From contig JAWMAR010000032.1 of assembly GCA_036785375.1 (NCBI GenBank), positions 4,712,001 to 4,776,000 of the forward strand: DNA of 64,000 bases. Reading direction: 5' to 3'. Source of the stretch: Leucoraja ocellata. Taxonomy: Eukaryota. Both the position numbers and the translations under genes were made by a program. Below are positions 13,061 through 25,741 of this stretch, piece after piece. How positions within the stretch are numbered: position 1 is the first letter of the stretch; each line of letters starts with the position of its first letter. The notes below the pieces were generated by a model that searched no databases, was not told where the DNA came from, and saw nothing but the letters and a program-made list of their open reading frames with translations.

Positions 13061-13236
13061 TACGAATGCAGGATATGGAGAGTCAGGCAGATAAATATAA
13101 ATGACGCCAGCCATTTAATCAGTGTCATGTTATTGAATGGCAGAGCAAGCTTGGGATGTTGGCTTACTCTTGTGTTCTAATGTTTTCGACACAAGTTAGT
13201 TAAGTGCATAATGCCAATTTAAGGTACTCTTATGCT

Positions 13237-13614
13237 CTTAAGGTCAGGTTGGGGGGAGTTCCCCCGCCACGGGTACCATGTAATCCCGTGATACCTGCTC
13301 CATGGTCGGATAGTTGGCGACTAAACCGTCTCCCCCACCTGGTTTGCCAGATGAGGAGGGGTCGATGGACCCCCAGCAGGACCAAAAACAAGACCTGTCA
13401 AAGGGTGGATGAGCTCCTAGCGAGCCAACGGCCATCCACACTTCAGTAGAAGTTACAATCACTGTCATACATAGCATTGCAAGGAATGATGATAAAGCAC
13501 ACACACCAAAATCATATGGAGGATAGAGATGTGTGGTGCGTCCGTCACCGTGCCCGTCGGAAACCAGCACCACTGCTTCGCTAATGTTTTCAATTATAAT
13601 AATAAATAATAAAA
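13237..13614 (+). mobile_element. Unclassified 378-bp SINE-like insertion
   Basis: TATGCT direct repeat at 13231-13236 and 13615-13620; CpG-rich body; (AAT)-rich 3' tail. Confidence 0.55.
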
Positions 13615-16600
13615 TATGCTATGAACCTGAGGTCACCCCAGATTTTGCTACCTGTGTTAAACTATCTAATTTGCTGTTGCCTGTGATGCTGAGTTGTATT
13701 CATCCATCACCCCTGTACTTGTTAACTTTGCTTCCTGGTTAAGCTTCTGCCAGCCCTTATTTCCCCTCCTGGTTTTGAGTTTTCTTTGTAGTCCCATCCC
13801 ACCCAATCTCTGAAATCTCTTCTGGTCTTATTCTGGCTCTTAATCGACCCTAAATTTAATAACACTACCGTAAGCGGCTGTACCTTCAGTGGCAATTTTA
13901 TTTCTCCCAAAATGAACTTTATTCGAGAAATAAACATATACAATACATGATCCTTACAAAACTCCATCCGACATTCTCGGCGGATATACATGCAATACAG
14001 TTTCTCTGAACTGCTGTCTTTACTTCTTCTCATCTTTTTGAATCTTTCGAAACTTGCCTCATCTACCTTTAGGCATCTTGTTGAATTCAGAGGGTTCATT
14101 GTAGGATGCATGCAATTGGTTGCTTGTAAGACTTCACTCATACAGAAGTCACACATGCACATTCCTTAATGAGCTCACTTTCTGAACTTGGTCCAGTATA
14201 TTTAATAAAGAAGGTACACATATTTATTACATTCCCTTTAATCCAATTAAAACTAATTGGAGTAAGTTGTATACATGTGTCATATTTCATTTCATAAAGT
14301 ACCAGTGGAGCTCATGGTTTACAGAAATACAAATTCCTTTTATCCTTGTGATATTCATACCATCCTCCCCTGCACTCTGCTCAACTCCATATATTGGTCT
14401 AGAACTTAAACTTGACTCGGAAGACAGCACAGCCAATTATTTGAAACAATTTGATTGTCTTATATATTAGAAAACTGCTGGTATCTGCCACAAATTAAAA
14501 TCACTACACAAGCAGTCATAGACGTTGTGCGACTGGTTCATTATGTGGGGAGGGGTTTTCATATAATGTGCACCCCAATCCGAATTCAGCATGTTTTTCT
14601 TTCTCCAAGGATTTTAAAACAAGTAATGTTCGAAGCGATTTTATCCCATTTCGTTGAAGCTGATTGGGAAAAGTCAAGATTGTAAGAAATGAAATATGGT
14701 GTGGCATCAATATGATGCCACTCGATATTTCTCTATCTCAACCCTTTCAGCATTCCAACCGCACTGTTCTGCTGTGATTCTCTGGTTCACTTCCATCCCC
14801 ACGAATACAGGTCTTCTCATGACATCTGCCAAGCCTTTTGAGGTCTTGATTAATGTGGAAGCAGGTTTCAGACTTTATTTTGAGGTTTGGGTTTTCACAC
14901 AGCGAATTATAATAGGAGTGGAACCATTTACTACTTGCTCATTAGGGTTGTGAGTGGCACAATTTTCTATTTAAAAAATAAAATTTTGCTTCTGCTTATT
15001 ATTTACATTTGGACTGGGGACATTAAATGCTGGTCATTTTTTGTAATCTTGAAGGAAATGTTGAGCCATTACAATTCATATGATGGACGTACTACCTGAT
15101 TCCCATGAGTTTTGACACTGTCAACTGCCCCTGCCAATTGCAATTTGACACTGCATATGTTTCCAAGGCAGGATATTGTGCAACTGAGAGGGGAATTTGT
15201 AAATTGAGATATTCCTGCTACAATGATGAGGACATAGTGGTCAAATGCTATCTTGATGCAAAAAGCGATCAATCATGTCTCCCCTTGAGTATTTGAACCT
15301 TTTTTCAAAATTTGATCCAGGGTTGTAACAAGATTAGCAGCACAGTGATTCTGAAAGAATTCAAACTGATTCTCAGTCACTGCAGTATTAGTAAGTACTG
15401 TTTTTTTTGCACTTTCAGTGTTGCCGTATTTAGCTTCTCTTCATGAGATTGAACCAAACTATAATTCAGCAAATTGTCTTTGCTATTTTTTTTTAAACGG
15501 GTACTACATCCCTGGGTGTTTTTTTTTTAACATAATTGGTTTGGTGATGTTGTACTGGAGGAGCTTGGCTGGATGTGCAGTTCATTCTGGAGCACTCCTT
15601 TAGCCAAGACGTTGTTTGGTCAGTGTCTCATTGCATCTTGTTTATGAAGCATTTCTTGGTAGCACATGGAGTGAAATGGATGAGCTAACGTCATGATGCT
15701 GTCATAGTTGAGAACTTACGAAGAAGCTAAGATGTTGTTAAAAGTCACCTGAGTTCCTAGTATTTCTAGCTGAAGATAGTTGCAAGCACTTGATCCTTGT
15801 GGTTGAGTCTGATTGTCATTGTGTTCATTCATTTGCCCAAATTTATAATGACTGGATGTCACGGGAGTGTATAACTTTGATCAGACCTACAAATTATATA
15901 ATTATTTAGCCCTGTCAGTATCATGTTGATCCTGCAATTTTACATTCATGTTGTCCATTGTTATAACATGAGGTTAATACTTATTAAGTATTTTCAGACC
16001 ACTCATCATTCATACTTATGAAAACTAAAGATGAATTAACAAATGGCACAGGACTCTGAAAGCATCGAGCAAACACATGAAATAAGGATTATTTCTTACA
16101 ACTGTTTCTTTGGTAGATCAAGCAGGGGATGAAATGGTAAGATAGTGGAATGGGAACGCAACTTTGCAATGGGAACACGGCTTGAGATTAAAAAAATAAT
16201 CTGATACTTGCTGAACCTATTTACTGATTCTTCTGTTTCCTTATCTTTGACTAAACTGGATTATAATTATAGTATTACTTAATTCATGAAAGGATTAAAG
16301 GAATAGCTGCACACAGATGGAATTTGATTTATACTTAGTATTTCCCGGCTGGGGAGTTAAAAACAGAAGTAGATTCAAGCTTCTATTCTGTGCATTGTAT
16401 AAATCGGGGGTTGTGCCTGTGCTTTGAATTGTATTTCCTCTTCAAAACTCATTGAGTTCATAGGTACCAGATGACAGCTGCATACTTTCAACTGTGGCTG
16501 TGCTTCATATGTCACCTTTGATCACTCTGGCTGGTCATTTGATCAGAGAGGCCAGATTACTTAGATGTAAATATGCTGAATTGTGGAGGTACTGGAGAGC

Positions 16601-16794
16601 TGACATTTTTTATTTCTTTAAGACAAGTATGGTAGGAAGAGTTCCTTGCCTGTTGCTATCCAGGTTGAAATTAGTGCTGTTCAAATGGGATTTTTGAGTC
16701 ACGACAGAAAATTTGATGGGACTTTGAAATGTTAAGTGTACTATTGATTTTATTTTGTAGAAATTGAAAAATTACTCATGCCCTTTTTCCTTTT

Positions 16795-16960
16795 CAAGTC
16801 AAGTCAAGTCAAGTTTATTTGTCACATACACATACGAGATGTGCAGTGAAATGAAAGTGGCAATGCTCGCGGACTTTTGTGCAAAAGACAAACAACAAAA
16901 CAACCAAACAAATTATAAACACAATCATAACACACATATTCTTTTACATAATAAATAATA
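16795..16960 (-). mobile_element. LINE/SINE 3' tail with a (TTGAC)n microsatellite
   Basis: (CAAGT)x4 followed by TTTATTTGTCACATAC, i.e. TGACAAATAAA plus a repeat tail on the minus strand. Confidence 0.55.
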
Positions 16961-17348
16961 AATTTTCTAATAGCGTCCAATAGCAGCTCTGTGCAGTGAT
17001 TCTTTAAACATACTAAATTGCTTTTTCTAAGGGTCAGATTGACTTTTCAAGAAAAAGCCAAGAAAAGTTTAAGATAATCAATCTCAATATTTGATTCTAA
17101 TTTTCTATAACAATAAGCAACTTTATGATTTTTTGGTTCATCCTGTTGGTGACGATTTTGAATAACAATTTAAGCCAGGTTTTGCTGATCTTTTACAAAT
17201 TTACAAAGCTGTAAATGAACCGAACTATGAAATAATATAGTTTGGATAATTTTATCTGAAGAGGACAGAACAAAGTACATTGCACAATAGTGACCACATT
17301 CAAGAGTTCTTTGTTGCCTTGGTATGCTTTGAGATGTTCTGAAAGCAA

Positions 17349-18302
17349 TCTATACACTTATAAAACTCACATCTTGTCCTCTTCCAGTTTGCATTGTTTT
17401 TAAATTTGCGCAAAACGGTACCCGATAGCGCTACGATTTTTCGCCACCTTACCATTCTCCTGTGCTGCAAGTGCATCATTTTGTTCTGATCGGTGAAATA
17501 TCACAAAAGCTATTAACCTTCTCTCCTGTCAGTCACCGGGATGGTGACGCGCCTTCCGGCACCCGCTGTCATTCACCAGCGGCGAGAATAAAGCTGAAGG
17601 AGCAGTGTGAGCAGAGTGTGGGCAGGGGCTGTGTTCGCGGGCGTGCTGTGGCTGTGTTCGCGGGCGGGCTTGGACTGCGTTCGCATGCAGGGGCTGTGTT
17701 CGTGGGCTGGTGGGGGCTGTGTTCGCGGGCTGGCGACCACCACGATGACCCAGGATCCGCTGAGTGCAGCCGTGGCCGGAAGCCTCTGAGTGCGACAGGA
17801 GCCAGGGACGGGAGCTGGTGAGTGAGTCCCGAGCCAGGTCCTGGAGCCGGTGAGTATGGTTGGAGCCGGAGCCACTGAGCCCACAACCCCCCCCTCCCTC
17901 CCCTCCCACACCACCCTTCCCCCACCACACACACCCCTCCCCCCTCCCACATATATCCCCCTCCCCTACCCCCACAACCGCCCCTCCCCCTCCCCCACAA
18001 TCCCCCCCTCCCCCTCCCCCACAATCCCCCCCTTCCCCCACACACAACCCCCTTCCACACCCCCCCCCCCCCCCGTCCCCCACACCCCCCCATCCTCCAC
18101 ACCCACCCACCCCCCCCCGTCCCCCACACCCCAGCCCCCGACAGGCCCTACATGAAGCCGTCCCCCTCCCCTGGCTGAAGGACGCTCCCGCAGTTGCGAT
18201 GGGGGAACAGGTGAGTGTTGGAATATTGCATTGGGGAATGGGTTGCATTGGGGGACCAGGCCTCCCGTGTGACTGGGACCCAACGGGTCCCACTTAGTCT
18301 AG
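17349..18302 (+). mobile_element. Non-autonomous Helitron
   Basis: 5' end A|TCTATACACTTATAAAACTC; 3' hairpin GGGACCC-AAC-GGGTCCC followed by ACTTAGTCTAG|T; inserted between A and T with no TSD; internal GCTGTGTTCGCGGGC repeats and a C-rich tract. Confidence 0.85.
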
Positions 18303-18304
18303 TG

Positions 18305-18489
18305 CAGTGGTTCTTAACCTGGGAGTTGTGACCCCCTATGGGAGTCGTTTGTGGCTTTGAAGGTATGAAGGGGACACAAATGACATATCAATTTGTTGAG
18401 CCCATTAGGAACCTAACAAAGGTACATACCACATACAGTATTTTGTTCGCGTATGCTTGTTCTGGTGCCAAAAAGGTTAAAAACCACTG
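18305..18489. mobile_element. hAT (Charlie-like) MITE
   Basis: TIRs CAGTGGTTCTTAACCT / AGGTTAAAAACCACTG; 8-bp TSD GTCTAGTG at 18297-18304 and 18490-18497. Confidence 0.85.
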
Positions 18490-18499
18490 GTCTAGTGTT

Positions 18500-19330
18500 A
18501 CATAAATCCAAGTCTGTCTTCATTGTTTCTTGCCTCAATTTAGCAAGGGAAGTATGTTATAAGCCTTCTTTCCACTCTAATCTACCTGTATTTCCACTTT
18601 TGGGTAGAATAGAGCGGTGGAGTTGAATCCTAAATTCCTCTGTTCATTAACTTTCCTTAATGCCCTACTATTTACTGTAGACCTACTCCTTTTTAACTTT
18701 GCACAATGCATCACTTTGCACTTGGCACTTTTCAAGATAAAATTCCAACTGCCAATGTTCCTCCAAACATTTCATTCAATTTATATCCCGCTGTATCCTT
18801 GGACTAACTTTCTGGTCATCCACAATTCAATCAACTTGCATATCAGAAGAAAGATCTTGATCCGAAACACCACCTATCCGTGTTCTCCTGAAATGCTGCC
18901 TGACCTGCGGAGTTACTCCAGCACTTTATGTATTTTTGCAGCTTACATGATCTGCACGCTTAAAAATCATACCTACATTTACATCCAAGTTAATATATAT
19001 TACAAACAGCAAGGATCCAACATAGATCCCTGGGTCCCTGTTCACAGGCATCCACCACAATCTTTCCACCACTACACTCTGCCAAGCTAATTTTAGATCC
19101 AGATGGCCTTGGACCCCAAGCATTTTAACATTCTGGTCGAGCTATCATGCATGACCTTGTCAAATGTCACATGAAAGTCCACATGCACAATGTGGACTTT
19201 CTTCATCAATCTGATGACCCTGCCTTCATCAATCTATTTTGCTACCTCCTCCAAAAATTCTATCAAATTAGTAGAGCAGGATTTCCCACACACAAAGTCA
19301 TGCTAACTCTCCCTGATCTGACCCTGCCTT
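18500..19330 (-). mobile_element. Old CR1 RT fragment interrupted by a Penelope tail (~18845-18935, +)
   Basis: Minus-strand residues GSLLFVIYINLDVNVGMIFKRAD correspond to GPQLFTIYINDLDEGIVGNISKFADD in the intact copy. Confidence 0.65.
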
Positions 19331-19896
19331 TTAATAATGCACATAAATTCTCCCCCTTATGGAAATTATCGGAGAAAATTCCACCACTGACATTTCATGA
19401 GCGTGTGCCAGAAAATAACTGCTATATTACAGGACTAGAAGATTGGAGCTCTATCATAGAGTTTCACAAAAACCACAACGTAGCAGTGGGATTTTGGGGA
19501 TAACCAGTTCAGGGAAACACAGCACTGGTCCACACCCAAACTGCTTCTGACATCCGTTGATCTCCTTTAATTATTTTTAATTGCTGATGTTGTAAATTTT
19601 AAATGTTGACATACAGTTTCAATAACTAGCTCTAGTTAATTAATGACTTTTGAGAGGGGTAAGTCCTGAATTCCTTGCATTTCATTTTGTACTCAAGCCT
19701 CAGGGTTCTAGAATTCATAAGCAGATACTCTTGTTCAAGAAAGGCAACAGAGTTAAGCCAGGTACAACAACGGGGAAAGGAGCTCGCTCCTTCACGTTTG
19801 TTACATGCATTAATTATTTGATGTAAATGCAGGAGATATGATTTATAATTTCTGTCAAAGGGTTTTTGACTTGAAACATTCTAATGACATGACAAT

Positions 19897-20207
19897 GGGG
19901 TGGCACGGTGGCACAGTGATAGAGTTGCTTCCTTACAGCATTTGCATTGCCGGAGACCCGGGTTCAATCCCGACATATGTCTGCATGGAATTTGTATCCC
20001 CATGACCTTGTGGGTTTTCACCGAGATCTTTGGTTTCCTCCCACACTCCAAAGACGCACAGGTATGTAGGTAAATTGGCTTGGTGTATGTGTAAATTGTC
20101 TCTAGTGTGTGTGTGTAGGGTAGTGTTAATGTGCGTGGATCGCTGGTCGGTGCGGATCCGGTGGGCCGAAGGGTCTGTTTCCACGTTATCTCTAAACTAA
20201 ACTAAAA
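19897..20207 (+). mobile_element. tRNA-derived V-SINE (HE1-like)
   Basis: A box TGGCACAGTG, B box GGTTCAATCCC, V-domain GGTTTCCTCCCACACTCCAAAGAC, CR1-like tail GGGCCGAAGGGTCTGTTTCC, and (TAAAC)n end. Confidence 0.85.
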
Positions 20208-20976
20208 ATGCAAATGCAAGATCAGCATTTCAAAAAACCTCCAGTGAAGAATTTCAATGGTATTAATGAACTTAAAGCATTTTATTTGTTTAAAGCAATG
20301 CAACATTAAAATTTTGATGTTAGACTTCAAACAGCTGACAGTATGGTATGTTTATAACTAAGTGTCGTCTGGTCAAATTCTGAGATGCTCAGTTATTTTA
20401 AATATGTATGGGTTGCTTCACATTGTTCTGTTGTGGGCAAGTATACATTGCTAAACCATCCCAATTAAGCTGTGGTCTCAATTTTGGTTGGGTGAAAACA
20501 TTTGTTCTTTCCTTGTGCTATTGTTCTTGGAAAATGTCTCATATGTTTAGTCAGCTCCCCTAATGATGAGCAGACATACTAACAGCTCCAGATTTGATAG
20601 CTGGCCTGCATTGTATTTGATGAATTCAGTTGAATAACATTCGACCACACATTTGTCATCATTAACCCGGCAGGATAAAAGAAAGCAAGGTTCATAATTA
20701 TGATTAGGCCTGAAATAAAGCAATATAATGTATAGTCTCTTGGCAATCCATGGTGGAGGTGCAAAATATGAATTAAGGTTGAAGCTGGTTGAAGCTGAGC
20801 TCTGGTCTTCCCGTTTCTCAGATACTTGCCAATTAGGTAGTTAGGAATTGAACCAAGGACCAGCATTTCGGGTGAATGTGAAGTATTCCTTTGCAGGGGC
20901 AGAAATCACTATCAAAACAATTTCTTGGTGGTCGCAAGCGCATGCGCACACACGCGAGGCTTCGGAGGCTTCGGCC

Positions 20977-21780
20977 ATAGAAACATAGAAATTAGGTGCA
21001 GGAGTAGGCCATTCGGCCCTTCGAGCCTGCACCGACATTCAATATGATCATGGCTGATCATCCAACTCAGTATCCCATACCTGCCTTCTCTCCATACCCT
21101 CTTATCCCCTTAGCCACAAGGGCCACATCTAACTCCCTCTTAAATATAGCCAATGAACTGGCCTTGACTACCCTCTGCGGCAGAGAGTTCCAGAGACTCA
21201 CCACTCTCTGTGTGAAAAAAGTTCTTCTCATCTCAGTTTTAAAGGATTTCCCCCTTATCCTTAAGCTGTGACCCCTTGTCCTGGACTTCCCCAACATCGG
21301 GAGCAATCTTCCTGCATCTAGCCTGTCCAACCCCTTAAGAATTTTGTAAGTTTCTATAAGATTCCCTCTCAATCTCCTAAATTCTAGAGAGTATAATCCA
21401 AGTCTATCCAGTCTTTCTTCATAAGACAGTCCTGACATCCCAGGAATCAGTCTGGTGAACCTTCTCTGCACTCCCTCTAAGGCAATAATGTCCTTCCTCA
21501 GATTTGGAGACCAAAACTGCACGCAATACTCCAGGTGTGGTCTCACCAAGACCCTGTACAACTGCAAGACCCTGTACAACTGCAAGACCCTGTACAACTG
21601 CAAGACCCTGTACAACTGCAAGACCCTGTACAACTGCAAGACCCTGTACAACTGCAAGACCCTGTACAACTGCAAGACCATGTACAACTGCAAGACCCTG
21701 TACAACTGCAAGACCCTGTACAACTGCAAGACCCTGTACAACTGCAAGACCCTGTACAACTGCAGACCCTGTACAACTGC
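20977..21780 (-). mobile_element. Young 5'-truncated CR1 LINE
   Basis: ORF2 C-terminus LVRPHLEYCVQFWSP..GYGEKAGMGY is nearly identical to the 44091 copy; tail (TTTCTATG)n. Confidence 0.95.
21547..21780. repeat. 18-bp tandem repeat CAAGACCCTGTACAACTG, 13 copies
   Basis: Read directly: one copy has a C>A change and the last copy is 17 bp. Confidence 0.97.
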
Positions 21781-22857
21781 ATGAGCCCTGTGGACGATAA
21801 CGTCGGGAACTGACCTGGTTGGTGACCGACTCTGAACTCTAGCAACAGCAGCTTCATCCGCCCCGAATCGTGGGGCATCAATCGGGCCGTTTGCGGGGCC
21901 TTTCATTGCCTGGCGAGGCTTAAAACCGGCCGCGGGACCTTCCATCGCCCGGCGGGGGCTTCAACATTGGGAGGCTCGACACAGCAATTTGACCACGGGC
22001 GATGGAAGATCCCGCGGCTGATTTTAAGCCGTGCTGGGCGATGAAAGGACCCACGAACGTGCCAATTCAAGCTCCGCTCTATGATCTTTGCTCCACCAGG
22101 ACGTCTCCCTCCTCCAATCACCGCGCTCTATCCTCAGTCCCCCCCCCCCCCCACCCCCCCCCCAACTTCCGCCTCTGACCGACACCTCCCTCCACCAATC
22201 ATTGCGCTGAATCATCATGTCCCGCCCCCCCCCCCTCCTCCCCCACTGCCTGCTGACCGACGTCTCTCTCGTCCAATCGGCGCCCTCGATCATCAGTCTC
22301 TCCCCCCCCCCCCCACTGTCTCGCGGAAAGCGGAGATTTTTAATAGTTTTTTTCACCAAATTTCAAAATCTGGATTACAAAACATGGGGGAAATTGTCCC
22401 CCACCTCTCAAAACATGGAGGGGACGCCCCGTCCCACCCGGGATTTCCGTCCATGTTCCTTTATACTATTTGAAAATGTAAAGGGATTCCTCAGCAAATT
22501 GAATGTGTATTTTTAAATCTTGCTTTCTATAAACCAATGGTGGTTCATTTTATTTGCTCTTCAGACGATCTTTAAAAATAATGATATTGTCCAGGCAATA
22601 CGATCGAAAGATTAATGTGAAGAAATCTGAGATATTCTTGAACAGAGCTGCAGTATTAACATTCTAATTTAAAACCACGATTGTATGCTTTTTACAAAAA
22701 AAGTTCCCCAAGAGAATTTACAAATAAAAGGGTGGAAATCTAAACCATCTCTTGATTAATGCAGAGAAGGCGCAGAGTGCTGGAGCAGCTCAGCGGGTCA
22801 GGGCAGCATCTCAGGAGAACAAGGATTGGTGACATTGTGGGTCAGAATCCCTCTCTG

Positions 22858-23005
22858 CCCACCCGTCGCTTTGTCTGGTCCCTGCTTCATTGCCGCCTCA
22901 TCTTCCTTCTCCCCTGCAGTCGCTAACATCTTCCAAGGTGGAGTATGTTGGCGACTCCAGGGGAGAAGGTGGGGGGGGAGGGCCGAACGGACAGAGCAAC
23001 GCGTG
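22858..23005. repeat. Long imperfect palindrome
   Basis: Core CCTTCTCCCCTG-C-AGTCGCTAACAT..ATGTTGGCGACT-C-CAGGGGAGAAGG at 22905-22969; outer arms CGTCGCTTTGTCTG / CGGACAGAGCAACG. Confidence 0.8.
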
Positions 23006-24309
23006 AAGGAGGCCTAGGCTGCGATCAAGTCCGGACTGGACAAAGTAACGGGCTGACAGGAAGAAGCAGCAGCTGCTGATAGGAGAGGGAGTCCACGATG
23101 TCCGAGCGCGTCCTCTCAGTAGTAGCGACCTGAAGAAAGTGCTGTCCCCAAGGACTAGAAATAAATCAAATTGCTCCGCCCACACAGCTTTCAGTGGCAA
23201 GGAGTTATAAAGACATCAACCTTCTGAAGTAATTCCTCCTCATTTCAGTCTCTTGTCCCTTTGACCAGATTCTCTGGTTCTGGAATTTGCCATGAGAGGA
23301 AACATTTTGAGCATTTACTGGGTCTAACCCCCTCAGAATTCAATGGATTCAAAGATCTATAAGATCATTCTTCTAAATTGCAAGGTTTACTTTTTTTTGT
23401 AAGTTAATCTCTCCATCTGTGCATTCATCCAACTGAAACCTCTCTAAACTGCCTGCAATGTAATGATATGCTTCTTTAAATAGGGGGACCAGAATTTTTT
23501 CCATTACTTTAGATGTGGTCTTACACAAATGCAGTTCATTTCATTCTAATTCAACCCTCTTGTAATAAGGGCCAATATTCCATTAGCCTTTACTACCTGC
23601 TGAATTTGAATGCTGGTTTTGTTTTGTGTATGAGTCTCTTTGTGCTGCATCTTTTTGAAAATGGTCTTCATTTTAAACAATACTGTTCTTTTATTCTTCC
23701 AAAATCAATAACTTCACATGTTTCCACATTATATCCTACTTGCTAACTTTTTGCTAATCAGCCAATCAGTGTCTCTCTGTAAGCTATCTCCTTGCAAATC
23801 CCCTCCATAAACATGGTTACAATATATTAGCTTCCTTCAATGTTTTGAACCTAAAACTGGATTAATGGGCATTGAACTATTTCCACATTTCCACTTCAAA
23901 TGTATTCTTGATCTGGTGGTTTATATGAAAAAATGCTTTTCAGGTCAGTTGGATAAAGAATGTTATGAAGAGATGGTTTTTGAGGATGCGAAATGTCTGT
24001 CAGATCATATTTTGTGCTTGCCAATATTTTGGTGACCTGCCAGTGAAATTAACAATAACTTCTCAAACCCAGCGAAATCATATCTTGAAATGCACTGATT
24101 TAAGAGACATTTTGGAATACCAACACCTGCTGCCTTCTTTCCAGATCACAAACCATCCTGATTTGGGAATATATTGCTGGTGTTTCACAAATCCTGTTAA
24201 TCCTTACCCAACAGTGTAGTGTCAAGTACCTTCATTAGAAGCACATTCAAGAATGAGCTCAATATTACCTTATGATGAGCAATTAGATGGTCAACTTGAA
24301 ATTAATTCT

Positions 24310-25633
24310 AGTCTACCTGCCGACCTAGACCCACTGCAGTTCGCCTACAGAGCCAACCGATCCACAGAGGACGCGGTCTCAACAACACTGAACCTCGTAT
24401 TGTCACATCTCGATCGAAAAAATACCTATGCCAGGATCCTCTTCATAGACTTCAGCTCTGCTTTCAATACAATCATTCCGCAGCAGCTGGTGGAGAAGTT
24501 GGAGCTATTGGGGGTTGATGCTGGCACATGCAACTGGGTCCTGAACTTTCTGTCGCAACGGCAGCAGACAGTCAGGGTGGGCAGTAGGACATCAAAAACC
24601 ATAGCCGTGAGCACTGGCTCACCCCAAGGCTGTGTCCTAAGCCCCCTCTGTTTAGTCTGCTGACACACGACTGTACTGCCAGACTCAATAACAACTTCAT
24701 CAACAAGTTCGCTGATGACACAACAGTGGTGGGTCTCATCAGTGACAATGATGAATCGGCGTACAGGATGGAGGTGGAGCTGCTCACAGGTTGGTGCAAA
24801 TCCCACAACCTCATTCTTAACGTGGGAAAAACTAAGGAGATGGTGGTTGACTTCAGGAGGGCGGGGAAACAACACCATACACCTCTGCACATCGACGGAG
24901 CTGATGTGGAAAGGGTCAGCAGCATGAAGTTCTTAGGACTACATCTGTCTGATGACCTGACGTCCACGGCCAACACCACAGCTCTGGTCAAGAGAGCCCA
25001 GCAGCGACTTCACCCTCTCCGAAGACTACGTAAAGCAGGCCTCCCCACCACACACCTACGGACTTTTTATAGGGGGACTGTCGAGAGCACACTGACATAC
25101 GGCATCACTTCCTGGTTTGGGAGCTGCAAGGCGTACGAACGGCACCAACTGGACAGGATAGTGAAGACCGCAAGCAGGATTATTGGTGCTCCACTCCCCT
25201 TCCTGCTGGACATATACAGGAAGAGATGTATCAACAGAGCCATCTCCATCATCAAAGACCCTTACCACCCATCGCATGACATTTTCTCCATCCTCCCATC
25301 TGGGAAGAGGTACAGGAGCATTAGCTGCAAAACCAGCAGGATGCTCCTCAGCTTCTTCCCACAGGCTATAAGACTGTTAAATGGACTTTGCCCCCTGCCA
25401 AGTATCGCGCACAAACCCCCACACTGCAGCAGAGCCACTGTTGTGCCGCTGCCGGTCGGAACGGCTGTTGAATGTTTATTAGAGTGTTAAATTTGTTCAT
25501 GACATGTATTTTTTATTTTCATTTCTATTTATTTTTTCATGCACACTGAATGGACACTGGTTGAGCAACGTTTTTTTGTTTCCTCTGGGTATGCGAATAC
25601 TCAGGAAATGACAATAAAGATATACAATACAAT
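24310..25633 (+). mobile_element. 5'-truncated Rex1/Babar LINE with RT broken by one frameshift near 24645
   Basis: [33 protein letters not shown] and [10 protein letters not shown], then in another frame LLTHDC..KFADDTTVVGLI..KTKEMVVDFRR..LPSGKRYRS; tail TGACAATAAAGATATACAATACAAT. Confidence 0.93.
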
Positions 25634-25741
25634 AATTGATATCTTAACAAAATAGTAACCACTATTCTAAAAGCCAAAAGCAAAATGAGGGGATGTTGGA
25701 AATGTGAAATCAAATCTGAAACTGCAGGAAAAGCTCAGTAA

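Larger units (their letters stand above)
20894..22455. mobile_element. Non-autonomous hAT element hosting a CR1 insertion
   Basis: Imperfect TIRs CAGGGGCAGAAAT / ATTTCCGTCCATG; TSD TTCCTTTG (20886-20893) and TTCCTTTA (22456-22463), 7/8 match; three ~65-bp poly-C-ended repeats at 22100-22315. Confidence 0.7.

Noticed and set aside
13533-13590. HDV-like ribozyme (GTGGTGC/GCACCAC..GCTAATG)
   Set aside because: No P2/P3 pseudoknot or GG P1.1 could be built, and it is at the element's 3' end rather than its 5' end.
17529-18297. Gly-rich and Pro-rich ORFs (also 41858-42177 and 43120-43676)
   Set aside because: Translations of low-complexity C- or CT-rich tracts within repeats.
21547-21780. CRISPR-like array or repeat-protein ORFs (DPVQLQ, PCTTAR, SCTGSC)
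   Set aside because: Head-to-tail repeats with no spacers, derived from CR1 ORF2. The frames are open only because the 18-bp unit has no stop codons.
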